From Patescibacteria group bacterium (GTDB lineage Bacteria; Patescibacteriota; Patescibacteriia; UBA9934): DNA of 64,000 nt. The stretch is from contig JBAZWW010000003.1 in assembly GCA_041660165.1 (NCBI GenBank), positions 4,352 through 68,351 on the forward strand, read 5' to 3'. The notes below the pieces were generated by a model. The model worked only from the letters and a program-made list of their open reading frames with translations, made no database searches and had not been told where the DNA came from. A program made the translations under genes and the position numbers. Of this stretch, positions 29,434 through 38,596 are shown piece after piece (within the stretch, counting starts at the first letter, position 1; each line of letters starts with the position of its first letter).

Positions 29434-29964
29434 ATGCTCGCACTCCTTCTGCTCGGTTCCGCGTTGGCCGGCGACACCTTTGTTCAGCTCCAGGCTGATA
29501 CGGCGGTCACCCTCGCTGATGGCGCGGTTGACGAGCGCGCTAAGGTGCTCATTGACGATCCGCTCAATAAGAAATGGAGCGTGAGCGTTTTCACGCTCGT
29601 AACGCCAAACTACGGCGAGCTCATCCTTGGGCCAACGCTTCACGTCAACGACTTCGCGCTCACCGTGAGCATCGGCATCGAAACTGCAGAGATGCCCCTG
29701 CGTGGCGAGTTCTCACTCTACTGGGCGCACCGTCATCTTGAAGTGCTCATCTCCGCTGAAACCGGCGGGTCAGGGCCATGGTACGTCAGCTTCGTGAAGG
29801 AACACATTGGATGCCTCACGGTCGGTATTCTCACCCAACGATTCGACGGCATTGGCCCGCGCATCGGCCTTGCGACGGACAGATCCGAATTCTGGATCTC
29901 GCCCATGTACGACTACGAGGACGGCGCGTTCAACATCCTAGCCGGTCTCAGCTGGACGCCGTAA
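29434..29964 (+). CDS. Secreted protein, predicted all-beta (beta-barrel-like)
   Basis: GGAGGT RBS, short signal MLALLLLGSALA, alternating amphipathic strands, ends GLSWTP. Confidence 0.65.
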   Translation: MLALLLLGSALAGDTFVQLQADTAVTLADGAVDERAKVLIDDPLNKKWSVSVFTLVTPNYGELILGPTLHVNDFALTVSIGIETAEMPLRGEFSLYWAHRHLEVLISAETGGSGPWYVSFVKEHIGCLTVGILTQRFDGIGPRIGLATDRSEFWISPMYDYEDGAFNILAGLSWTP

Positions 29965-29981
29965 CTACCGTGCCCGCAAAC

Positions 29982-30010
29982 AAAGCCCCGACGGCGTTCG
30001 TCGGGGCTTT
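29982..30010. terminator. Intrinsic terminator
   Basis: AAAGCCCCGACG-GCGTT-CGTCGGGGCTTT. Confidence 0.8.
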
Positions 30011-30060
30011 AATTATTTCAGTTGAATGATACTGAAAGACGCGCTACGCTTTAAAAAAGT

Positions 30061-30456
30061 ATGCTGCACATCAAGTATAAACTTGCCCCCTCAATACATC
30101 ACGGCATCGGTCTTTTTGCCGATCAAAATATACAAAAGAATCAGCTGATTTACTCGGCCAGCCCGTTGCTCGACGTTAATATCTCTCCCGAAGAATTCAG
30201 TAAATTATCGCTCTCGGAACAAGCCGAGATTTCGTATTGGGGTTTTCTCGATAAACAATCTGGCCTTTGGCACGTTGATTTTGATGTTTCAAAATTTATC
30301 AATCACTCTTCAGCGCCAAATATCACGCAAGATCCTATCTCAACAGAAACTCGCCTCATTGCCCTAAAAGACATTTCCGCCGGCGAGGAACTGACGCAAA
30401 ACTATCTTGAATTTGAAACAAAAGAAGATCTGAAGAGAAGAGGGATCAGTACTTAA
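30061..30456 (+). CDS. SET-domain protein
   Basis: S.IHGIGLFA, FINHSSAPN, ALKDISAGEELTQNY. Confidence 0.9.
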   Translation: MLHIKYKLAPSIHHGIGLFADQNIQKNQLIYSASPLLDVNISPEEFSKLSLSEQAEISYWGFLDKQSGLWHVDFDVSKFINHSSAPNITQDPISTETRLIALKDISAGEELTQNYLEFETKEDLKRRGIST

Positions 30457-31298
30457 CCTTTTAACTTTTTCTGCTTAGGCGGGAGCTGGCCGATTTTTCG
30501 GCGAACAAGGTCTTTAATGTGCTCTTGGGCTGGCCGGTCTTCAGGCATGGGGGCATTTAATTTTTGGATGGTCTCACGGACGGCCTGTCCAACCTTAAAG
30601 TGCGTGTAGCTAGCGGGATCTTCGCCTGTAATACCATCTCTTATTAGTAATTCGTTGGTCTGAGTGATGCGGAAAAGATTGGCTGCTAACTCAGCCGACC
30701 CGGCAAAATCTAAAATATCACCCTCACTAATTCCTTTCTTCTTGCGAATATCGCTTGCCGTTAGTCCGTAAAGACCAACGTAGCCAAAATTATTGAACTT
30801 CCCGAAATTTTCTACACCGGCATCTTTAGCGGTTCTAAATAACCGATTATTATGCGAAGCCACCTGACGTCTTATCTGCAACCGATTCCCATCGTCATCA
30901 ATCACCTCTAATAGCTCTTGCTTCCTGGTCTGCACAGCAAAATATGTTTGCGCAAAAGCGATCTCGGGCTTTCGAGGATCACCATTTTGAGCAATTAGAT
31001 AACAAGCAAAGCGGGAAAGCTGATAATCAATAATCTTACGCCTCGCCTCTCTCGGCGTGTTTTTGCCAATGATTATCATTTTCGGGTCGACCCGAAAATG
31101 ATCCTCAAGCGACTGACTCGTACTAGCACAAACTGCTTGGGCCCGACGAATAGTCTTATGGAAGTCCTCCCATCTCGAATAATCGAGTAATGACATCAAC
31201 TCCCTGGCCTCCCAATATTCAAAACCCTGCTCATCTACCTTCTTAATTGACTCAAAATCCTTATGTAACGAAACCGGCACAATGGCATTGTTCGGCAT
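30453..31298 (-). CDS. dinD: DNA-damage-inducible protein D (BRO-N family)
   Basis: EYWEARELM.LL.Y..W, DYQLSRFACYLIAQNGDPRKPEIAFAQTYFAVQTRKQE, ELAANLFRITQT. Confidence 0.9.
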   Translation of the reverse strand: MPNNAIVPVSLHKDFESIKKVDEQGFEYWEARELMSLLDYSRWEDFHKTIRRAQAVCASTSQSLEDHFRVDPKMIIIGKNTPREARRKIIDYQLSRFACYLIAQNGDPRKPEIAFAQTYFAVQTRKQELLEVIDDDGNRLQIRRQVASHNNRLFRTAKDAGVENFGKFNNFGYVGLYGLTASDIRKKKGISEGDILDFAGSAELAANLFRITQTNELLIRDGITGEDPASYTHFKVGQAVRETIQKLNAPMPEDRPAQEHIKDLVRRKIGQLPPKQKKLKG

Positions 31299-31363
31299 AT
31301 GTTCGTATCATACGACGAACAAATTTTGTCGCAAAACGGTTTGTACACACCAAAAAAGCGCCT

Positions 31364-32290
31364 CTATTTCTTTTTTTTGTCGTGGAACTCTTTGTACACG
31401 CGCCCCAGCTCTTTATCCGTAATATGGGTATACACCTGCGTCGTCGTAATCGACTCGTGTCCAAGCAATGATTGCACCGCGCGAATATCGGCGCCGTTTC
31501 GCAGTAAGTCTGTAGCGTAAGTATGTCGCAACGTGTGCGGGGTTACGCGTTTAGTGATCCCCGCTTCTCGAGCGTAGCGATCGACGATCCGCTGAACCGA
31601 GCGGGGAGTGAGCGGTTGGGCGCTCGCCGAAGAACGTCGAGCTCGATCATGCCGTACAAAAAGATAAGGCGAGGTGTCCTTGCGATGATCGAGATACGCC
31701 TTAATCGAACGCTTGGCATCGTCCGACAAGTAGACAATGCGATGTTTCTTGCCTTTGCCGAGCACCGTGAACTCATCCCGTTTCAAATTGATATTTTCGA
31801 TCTTCAAAGTCGAAGCCTCGGACACGCGCATACCGGTCGAAAACAAAAGCTCGAGCATGGCCTTGTCGCGATAACCAACAATGGTTGGGTCGTTCAACGG
31901 GCCGGCGCGAAATCTTTCGAACTCGTCGGCTTCGAGAAAACTCACATGCCTGGTGCCTTGTTTCGCGAGTTCGATCTTCTCAGCAGCCATGCTCTTAATA
32001 TCTCTCTTCGCGAGGTACTTCAGGAACGCTCGCAAAGCGATCAGGTGATAATTTTGCGTATTCTTTTTCAAATTCGCTTCCTCTCGCCCCGCAATGTCTC
32101 GGTTCAAATGAAGCCGGTACTTCCGCACCATTTCCTGCGTAATCTCCTGCGGATTGGGATGCTTGGCCCAATCCGAAAACCTGCTCAGATAAAAATGGTA
32201 ATTTTTCACCGTCTTATCCGACCGCCCACGCTCGATCTCCAGGTACTCAAGAAATTCTTTAATGTATTTGGCAAGTATGTTCTTTGGCAT
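31364..32290 (-). CDS. XerC/XerD-like tyrosine recombinase
   Basis: RDKAMLELLFSTGMRVSE, GKGKK.R, HTLRHTYAT, LLGHESITTTQVY. Confidence 0.92.
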   Translation of the reverse strand: MPKNILAKYIKEFLEYLEIERGRSDKTVKNYHFYLSRFSDWAKHPNPQEITQEMVRKYRLHLNRDIAGREEANLKKNTQNYHLIALRAFLKYLAKRDIKSMAAEKIELAKQGTRHVSFLEADEFERFRAGPLNDPTIVGYRDKAMLELLFSTGMRVSEASTLKIENINLKRDEFTVLGKGKKHRIVYLSDDAKRSIKAYLDHRKDTSPYLFVRHDRARRSSASAQPLTPRSVQRIVDRYAREAGITKRVTPHTLRHTYATDLLRNGADIRAVQSLLGHESITTTQVYTHITDKELGRVYKEFHDKKKK

Positions 32291-32300
32291 ATTACGATGT

Positions 32301-32375
32301 TGTCATCCCGAGCAGAGCGAGGGATCTGAATGGCCAATCAGATCCTTCGTCGCTAAAAGCTCCTCAGGATGACAC
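32301..32375. repeat. REP-like inverted doublet (variant A)
   Basis: TGTCATCCCGAGCAGAGCGAGGGATCTGA...TCAGATCCTTCG...CTCAGGATGACA. Confidence 0.75.
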
Positions 32376-32420
32376 TGACCGTGTGTCGCACATTGTACAC
32401 CCGCGGTACCGTATAAAGAG

Positions 32421-32449
32421 TTGACCTCAGCCATTTTCCGGTGTATCCT
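32421..32449 (+). promoter_or_regulatory. Sigma70-type promoter for the small-ORF operon
   Basis: TTGACC-17-TATCCT. Confidence 0.55.
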
Positions 32450-32504
32450 CCTGCCTCTGCGTCGCCTGACGCGGATCGAGTTCCTTTCGTTCCATGGAGA
32501 GTTC

Positions 32505-32720
32505 GTGCCCCTGCCTCATGAGGCTCCCAGCCTCCCGCCCGTTGATCCCTTTGGCGAGCAACCGCTCGCGACCTTTGACGAGAGGGAAGACTTTCGCCCG
32601 CGCCTGTCAATCTACAAATTGCCCGGTACAGGCAGGTTGCCCCTTGTCCCAACGTCTCACCCTAGCCCAGCCGTACCGTACGAGCTGGAAAAATCATGGA
32701 GAGCGAATGCCGACGGATGA
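32505..32720 (+). CDS. Small Pro-rich hypothetical protein (71 aa)
   Basis: CATGGAGAG RBS then GTG; first of three tandem small ORFs. Confidence 0.45.
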   Translation: MPLPHEAPSLPPVDPFGEQPLATFDEREDFRPRLSIYKLPGTGRLPLVPTSHPSPAVPYELEKSWRANADG

Positions 32721-32901
32721 AACGAGTGATGCAGATCACCCATCCTGCCACTACAACGACTACGAAGCAGATGCCCCGGTGGCAGGTAACGGAAACCCCC
32801 GCCCGCCGGAACGCTGTGACACCGTGGTCACACGGCGCGCGGACGGCACGTTCGTTTCCGAAACGAGCATCCTGAATGACGGAAAAACCTTCTGGAGGTA
32901 G
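32707..32901 (+). CDS. Small acidic hypothetical protein (64 aa)
   Basis: CATGGAGAG RBS then ATG; overlaps previous ORF end. Confidence 0.5.
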   Translation: MPTDETSDADHPSCHYNDYEADAPVAGNGNPRPPERCDTVVTRRADGTFVSETSILNDGKTFWR

Positions 32902-32905
32902 ACCG

Positions 32906-33136
32906 ATGAGCCGAGACGATCGTTTTATTGATGCATTCACCGTGTTCAATGACCCCGTGGATCCGTGCTTCGTGGTTTACGACCTGGTGGCAACAGGTCA
33001 TATCCCGCCCACGGCGAAACCGCCTGTTATGTCGCCGGCCAACGAACCGCCCAATATCGACGGCGAAAAGTCTGCCACGGCGCCAACCAGCGGATACGGC
33101 CACTTCGGCACCACCCGCGGTGGGAGCCGGCACTAG
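32906..33136 (+). CDS. Small hypothetical protein (76 aa)
   Basis: GGAGGT RBS; followed by hairpin GAACCCCGC...GCGGGGTTC 33150-33181. Confidence 0.5.
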   Translation: MSRDDRFIDAFTVFNDPVDPCFVVYDLVATGHIPPTAKPPVMSPANEPPNIDGEKSATAPTSGYGHFGTTRGGSRH

Positions 33137-33306
33137 CATTGAACGCCTTGAACCCCGCTCTCTTCGTGAGACGCGGGGTTCTGCATTTCTTGACCATTTC
33201 GGCATTCTCGACTATTCTTTCCCTGCATTCATTTATACAGCCGTTTACCACGGTTTTTGGCTAGAGCAAGCCTTTTACTGAGACAATCGGCACAACTCAT
33301 ACTGCT

Positions 33307-33573
33307 ATGCTCGACAAGACAAAGAAAGATAAGGTCATTAAGAAGTTCCGCACCCATGAGTCAGACACCGGCTCACCACAGGTGCAGATCGCCATTCTGA
33401 CGGAGGAAATCAAGGAGCTGACTAAGCACTTGAAGACCCACCGCAAGGATTTCAGCTCACGCCGTGGACTTGTAAAGAAGGTCTCGGAACGCCGCCGCCT
33501 CTTGAAGTACTTGGAGCGCGAGAATGAAAAGGCGTATGCAGAGATCATTGCAGAGCTTGGTTTGAAGAAATAA
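33307..33573 (+). CDS. rpsO: 30S ribosomal protein S15
   Basis: DTGSPQVQIAILT, H.KDFSSRRGL. Confidence 0.97.
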   Translation: MLDKTKKDKVIKKFRTHESDTGSPQVQIAILTEEIKELTKHLKTHRKDFSSRRGLVKKVSERRRLLKYLERENEKAYAEIIAELGLKK

Positions 33574-33616
33574 AGGAACAGCCGACCTTGCACCTTGGTG
33601 TCCGGTCGGCTTTTTA

Positions 33617-33710
33617 TCTCACCCCGAGGTAACGAGGGGTAGCATGGAGGTCATTGGTTCAAACAAGTTTCAGTAGCCAATTCTATCCCTCCTCACGTCG
33701 GGATGGAGAT
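33617..33710. repeat. REP-like inverted doublet (variant B)
   Basis: ATCTCACCCCGAGGTAACGAGGGGTAG...CTATCCCTCCTCACGTCGGGATGGAGAT. Confidence 0.65.
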
Positions 33711-33756
33711 CAGTCCGGTTGTTCGACAGATATAATTCATTCACTTTTTTCTTGCT

Positions 33757-34425
33757 ATGTTAGACTTTTCGAATCGTCGGGTTGGAGTTTTCATTGACGT
33801 GCAGAACATGTATTACAGTGCCAGGAATATTTACGGAAGCAAGGTGAACTTTGGCAACATTGTGAAGGTGGCAGCGGGGGATCAGAAGCTCATCCGCGCC
33901 GTGGCCTACACCATTTCGACCAAGACGGGGGACGAACTTCCATTCTTTGAGGCTTTGCACAAGTCAGGCATCGAGGTAAACACAAAGGAGCTTCTCGAAT
34001 ACGATTCAGGACACAAAAAAGGGGACTGGGACGTAGGAATTACGGTCGATATCATCCGCATGCTTGATACCGTGGACGTGGTGGTCATCGTGTCCGGCGA
34101 CGGCGACTACATTCCGCTTGGCGAGTACATCAAAAATCGCGGACGCATCTTCCATGTGGTGTCCTTCCGCGAATCAACGTCAAGCAAACTGGTCGAAGCT
34201 GCGGACATTTACACAAACTTATCAGACAACTTGGGCGAGTTCCTAATCCGTGATCCAAAGTACCGGCCAACGCAACAGCGCAAGCCGTCAACTACAGATA
34301 CATTCGATGACGTGATTGCTGAACAGGGCGAGCATGCCTTCAAGCCGATTGGACATGAAGCCGAAACGCCAGACGCAAACGCACCGCGTCGCCGAGGCCG
34401 TCCAGCAAAGAATCCAGCGGCGTAA
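33757..34425 (+). CDS. NYN-domain (LabA/DUF88) protein
   Basis: VFIDVQNMY, KGDWDVGITVD, VSGDGDY. Confidence 0.9.
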   Translation: MLDFSNRRVGVFIDVQNMYYSARNIYGSKVNFGNIVKVAAGDQKLIRAVAYTISTKTGDELPFFEALHKSGIEVNTKELLEYDSGHKKGDWDVGITVDIIRMLDTVDVVVIVSGDGDYIPLGEYIKNRGRIFHVVSFRESTSSKLVEAADIYTNLSDNLGEFLIRDPKYRPTQQRKPSTTDTFDDVIAEQGEHAFKPIGHEAETPDANAPRRRGRPAKNPAA

Positions 34426-34445
34426 ACGATCGAGCAACCGGACGG

Positions 34446-34532
34446 GTTCCCATCCCGAGCAATGCGAGGGATCCGACTTTCCCCTGTGACAGTGGAGAGG
34501 GTCGGGCCCTTCGCTCTCGCTCAGGGTGGGAT
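34446..34532. repeat. REP-like inverted doublet (variant C)
   Basis: CCCATCCCGAGCAATGCGAGGGATCCGAC...GTCGGGCCCTTCGCTCTCGCTCAGGGTGGGA. Confidence 0.75.
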
Positions 34533-34593
34533 AAGATGAGCACTTCGTGCACACCGAATAGGAACTAACGTAAAAGGGTAAAATAATAAAACT

Positions 34594-36795
34594 ATGGACT
34601 TGAAATCGTATTCGATTGATTTTGGCGGAAAGAAACTGACGATTGAGACAGGGAAGTTTGCCAAGGCAGCTAATGGAAGCTGTACCGTGCGTTACGGAGA
34701 CACCGTTGTGCTCGCCACGGCCGTGATGAGCAAAGACGTGCGACCAGGACTAAGCTTTTTCCCGCTCATGGTTGATTTTGAAGAAAAGCTTTACGCAGCG
34801 GGCCGGATCAAAGGATCTCGCTTTATCAAGCGCGAAGGACGTCCGACTGATGAGGCAGTCCTCGCCGCTCGTTTTATTGACCGAGCAATCAGACCGCTGT
34901 TCGATCAACGAATTGCTAACGACGTGCAGGTCATCATTTCGGTCATCGCGTTTGATCAAGAAAATGACGCCGACATTCCAGGTTTGATCGCCGCGTCCTG
35001 CGCGCTTCACATGAGCGATATTCCGTGGAACGGCCCAATTGCTGTGGCTCGCATCAACGCTGACGCCGAGGGCAAATTCATTCTGAACGGTACATATGCT
35101 GAACGCGAAATTGCCAAATTTGACGTAGACGTAGCCGGTAATTCAGAAAAAGTCATCATGATTGAAGCCGGTTGTGATGAAGCGCCGGAAGATGAAGTGA
35201 TTGACGCCATTGCCTACGGACGCGAGAGCCTTGGCCCGGTTATCGAGCTGATTGAAAAGGTTCGCTCTGAATGCGGAAAACCAAAAGTCGATCTCATCAC
35301 GCCCAAAACGGACAGTGCAAAACGGATTGCCGAAAAAACGGATGATCTACGCGCTCTCCTTGCCCCATTCACAAGAAAAACGATCCAGGAACTTTTCTTT
35401 GCCGTACCAAAAGCCACAAAATCCGAACGCGCTCTGGCCAAGGATCAAATGAAAAAACTCACCGTCGCCTTCTTAACTGAACAAGGCCAAGATGAAGAGG
35501 GGATTATCATTGGCAAGTCCTTGCTCGGCGAATTACTCGACGCAGAAATCACGCGCACAATTATTGAGGACGGCAAGCGCGTTGACGGACGCGGACTTTA
35601 TGACGTGCGCGAACTTTCAAGCGAAGTGGCGCTCTTCCCGTGCGTGCACGGTTCCGGTTTCTTTAACCGCGGTGAAACACAGGTGCTGTCGATCGTAACG
35701 CTTGGCGCTCCTGGCGATAAGCAGACGCTGGACGGCATGGAATTAGTCGGCGAGAGACGATTCATGCACCACTACAACTTCCCCCCATTCTCTGTGGGCG
35801 AGGCCAAACCATTACGCGGAGCCGGACGCAGAGAAATTGGCCACGGCGCACTGGCAGAAAAAGCCCTCGCTTTCATGATTCCGGACAAGGAAACGTTCCC
35901 CTACACCATTCGCGTGGTATCCGAAGTACTCGGTTCTAATGGATCGAGTTCTATGGGCTCAACCTGCGGTACCTCACTCGCACTTATGGACGCTGGCGTG
36001 CCGATCAAGGCCGCAGTTGCTGGAATCGCCATGGGACTGGCGTCGAACGGCAAGAAATATCAGGTCATTACTGATCTCCAGGATCTCGAAGATGGCGAAG
36101 GCGGAATGGACTTCAAGATTACAGGCACTCGAAAAGGTATTACGGCTATTCAGCTCGACACCAAGACGGACGGCATCCCGCATGACGTTATTGTTGAGGC
36201 CGTTACCCGCTCGCAAACTGCCCGCATGAAAATTCTCGACGTGATGGCAACGGCCATCCCCACGCCTCGAGCCGAGCTTTCACCAAACGCTCCGCGCATC
36301 ATTAACATTCAAATCAATCCAGACAAGATCCGCGAAGTTATTGGTTCGGGCGGAAAGACAATCAATGAGATTATCGAGAAGACGGGTGTTTCAGATATCG
36401 ACATCGAACAAACCGGTCTTGTTATGATCACCTCATCTGACGCGGAATCAGCCCAGAAAGCATATGATTGGATCTACAACCTGACGCGTGATCTCCAGGT
36501 AGGCGAGGTCTTCTACGGTGAAGTGGTCCGCCTCATGGACTTTGGCGCCTTCGTTCAGGTGCTCCCCGGAAAAGATGGCCTGGTCCATGTTTCCGAGATG
36601 GCCCCATGGAGGGTCGAGAAGGTAACAGACGTCGTGAACGTTGGCGATAAGGTTCATGTGAAGGTCATCGAGATAGATGAAAAAGGCCGAGTGAACCTCT
36701 CCATGAAACAGGCCGAAGGAAACGTGTACACTGATGAGATGAAAGCCAAGGCTTCCACGGGATCTTCAAAACCCGCCGGCAAGCGCTACGTGTAA
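34594..36795 (+). CDS. pnp: Polyribonucleotide nucleotidyltransferase (PNPase)
   Basis: Two RNase PH domains, RREIGHG, SNGSSSM, GMDFK, KH and S1 domains. Confidence 0.97.
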   Translation: MDLKSYSIDFGGKKLTIETGKFAKAANGSCTVRYGDTVVLATAVMSKDVRPGLSFFPLMVDFEEKLYAAGRIKGSRFIKREGRPTDEAVLAARFIDRAIRPLFDQRIANDVQVIISVIAFDQENDADIPGLIAASCALHMSDIPWNGPIAVARINADAEGKFILNGTYAEREIAKFDVDVAGNSEKVIMIEAGCDEAPEDEVIDAIAYGRESLGPVIELIEKVRSECGKPKVDLITPKTDSAKRIAEKTDDLRALLAPFTRKTIQELFFAVPKATKSERALAKDQMKKLTVAFLTEQGQDEEGIIIGKSLLGELLDAEITRTIIEDGKRVDGRGLYDVRELSSEVALFPCVHGSGFFNRGETQVLSIVTLGAPGDKQTLDGMELVGERRFMHHYNFPPFSVGEAKPLRGAGRREIGHGALAEKALAFMIPDKETFPYTIRVVSEVLGSNGSSSMGSTCGTSLALMDAGVPIKAAVAGIAMGLASNGKKYQVITDLQDLEDGEGGMDFKITGTRKGITAIQLDTKTDGIPHDVIVEAVTRSQTARMKILDVMATAIPTPRAELSPNAPRIINIQINPDKIREVIGSGGKTINEIIEKTGVSDIDIEQTGLVMITSSDAESAQKAYDWIYNLTRDLQVGEVFYGEVVRLMDFGAFVQVLPGKDGLVHVSEMAPWRVEKVTDVVNVGDKVHVKVIEIDEKGRVNLSMKQAEGNVYTDEMKAKASTGSSKPAGKRYV

Positions 36796-36796
36796 A

Positions 36797-38035
36797 ATGG
36801 AAAAATTGAATATCCCATTACAAGAAAATCCAATCCCCCAAAAATTTTGGGGGATTGTGGCGTTTGTATTACCGAGCATCCTGGTCGCAGTCACCTCGAT
36901 GATCGCTTTTCGAGCTGTCCTTGCCATGGATACGCTCAGTTCGCTTGCCCCAAAGGATACAAACTACGCCGTACGTCTGTTAAAAACACCGATGACCCGC
37001 CAAGCACTCGATGACCGTTTTCACGGCATCCTTGTCTTCAATGACGCGCCGTGGACAATAGACGGAATACTCGATCGATCCCACCGTAATGCCATTTTTT
37101 TCTTTAACGATTCAGGAATTTCGGGCGTTGCTTTTGACGGCAAGCTCGATGAAACCGATAAACAAACTGCTGAGGCCCTGCATTTCACGGTTTCAAAAAC
37201 CGATGCTGGCACCTATATTGGCCGGGAAGCTCCTTTTGATACTCAACTAAGGCCAAGATTCAGCCTGGCCTCTTTTATGCCCTGGGCCAATGGGGAAGTA
37301 AGCGTGTTCACGAATGGCCAGCGTCAATCCGCCGGACTTCGCCTGACTAAGGATTCACTGCGCATCTACGGACTTGGCAGAGGTGCTCGCCTGCGCTCAC
37401 CGCTCGATGACGCGGGCGCCAAGGTAGCAGCGGCCTTCTCAATGACCGCCGGCGAGTTCAAAACGATCCTTTCGCCTGACGTCCCGCTGGTCTACCCGGG
37501 TATCAGAGCCCTGTTCGCGGAGGCTGGCGCCAAGGGACTCTCCTTCGTACTTGGCCAAGATCAAGCCGGCACAGCCTTCTCACTTACTATCCCAGGCGGA
37601 TCGCTGGCGCGCGAGGATTTAGAAAGCGCCACAAGCGAGCTCTTCGCCCTTGATCACCTAAAGACCACCGAGTACGAGGATGTCTACACCAGACTGGACG
37701 AAATAGTGTCATCAAGCACCGAAAAACCAGTTACGACGAGCGAGCCAGGCATCACCATTACAAGTCTCCGCGAAAATGATGGCCGGGTGGTCCGGGCGAC
37801 CCAGACGAATCAGAGCCTTATCATCACCAATAGAGAAACAAAAATCCAAGGAAAATCGCCAACTGTAAAGGAGAAATCAAGCTGTCTGCGTGGGACAAAT
37901 CAGTTTATCCTGCCGGAAGTAGCTGGCGCACTCGCCCCACAACAAATTATCGTTTCACCGAGGACAATTGTGACCATGTTACTAGCCAGTAATGAGATTG
38001 CCTTCGCTGACACCTCAACGAAGGCCTGCTGGTGA
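36797..38035 (+). CDS. Hypothetical membrane-anchored protein
   Basis: 412-aa ORF 1 nt after pnp; single N-terminal TM. Confidence 0.65.
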   Translation: MEKLNIPLQENPIPQKFWGIVAFVLPSILVAVTSMIAFRAVLAMDTLSSLAPKDTNYAVRLLKTPMTRQALDDRFHGILVFNDAPWTIDGILDRSHRNAIFFFNDSGISGVAFDGKLDETDKQTAEALHFTVSKTDAGTYIGREAPFDTQLRPRFSLASFMPWANGEVSVFTNGQRQSAGLRLTKDSLRIYGLGRGARLRSPLDDAGAKVAAAFSMTAGEFKTILSPDVPLVYPGIRALFAEAGAKGLSFVLGQDQAGTAFSLTIPGGSLAREDLESATSELFALDHLKTTEYEDVYTRLDEIVSSSTEKPVTTSEPGITITSLRENDGRVVRATQTNQSLIITNRETKIQGKSPTVKEKSSCLRGTNQFILPEVAGALAPQQIIVSPRTIVTMLLASNEIAFADTSTKACW

Positions 38036-38039
38036 TAAC

Positions 38040-38123
38040 TGTGGATAACTTGGGTATAAGTAGGATAACTTGCACACTTCTTGTACTCAAAGGGTGAACA
38101 CCCCCTGTACTCGATTATCCACA
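38040..38123. promoter_or_regulatory. DnaA-box cluster
   Basis: TGTGGATAA 38040, TGGGTATAA 38051, TTATCCACA 38115 plus degenerate GGATAAC. Confidence 0.65.
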
Positions 38124-38197
38124 TGACTAACGTATTTGGCTAATCCTAGAGATATATAAATTGTTTACAATTTGTACTCAGGTTATATACTGAATCC

Positions 38198-38567
38198 TGT
38201 AATCGTTCTTTCTAAATTCCGTCCTGTGGGTAAAACCACGGGAGTGACTCGGGGAAATTGCCGAAGCCCCACAAGATCTTCGGGATGACCTCACTTGCGC
38301 TCCTCACTCCATGGCTCCGCGGTTGATGGCGGTAGCATTTCGGGAAACCGTCACCTCATGGTCAGGGTAGGGCAATCAGTCAGTAGGTTTGGCAGGCAAG
38401 TGCATTCTGGCGTTGTGTCTGGTGTACGAGGACCCTCGCACTCCGAACCCAATGTCAGAGTTCATGAACCCCCAATCCGCCCGGTCGGGCTATGCTCGAC
38501 CACGGGGACTCGATCGCGGGGATATCTATCAGAAATCCCTTTGCAACCGAGCCCCCTTTTCTTTTTC
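38198..38567 (+). ncRNA. Candidate large structured non-coding RNA, family unknown
   Basis: TTTACA-16-TATACT promoter, boxA-like CGTTCTTT, many hairpins plus long-range CACTTGC/GCAAGTG pairing, terminal hairpin and U-tract, no credible ORF. Confidence 0.55.
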
Positions 38568-38596
38568 AGGCGAATCGTATATCGTCTATCAATCAT

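Noticed and set aside
31364-32290. Prophage or island integrase
   Set aside because: Looks like a housekeeping Xer recombinase; no phage genes or att repeats nearby
15491-38180. Shared TGTTTACAAT(TT)GTACTCA motif at 15491 and 38162
   Set aside because: Only two instances, different spacing, explainable by promoter hexamers
38198-38567. Assignment as tmRNA, RNase P RNA, SRP RNA or 6S RNA
   Set aside because: No T-arm/CCA end, no GAGGAAAGTCC, no SRP GGAA motif; only a short 6S-like GCTCCGCGGTTG and no end-to-end rod. 6S cannot be fully excluded without Infernal
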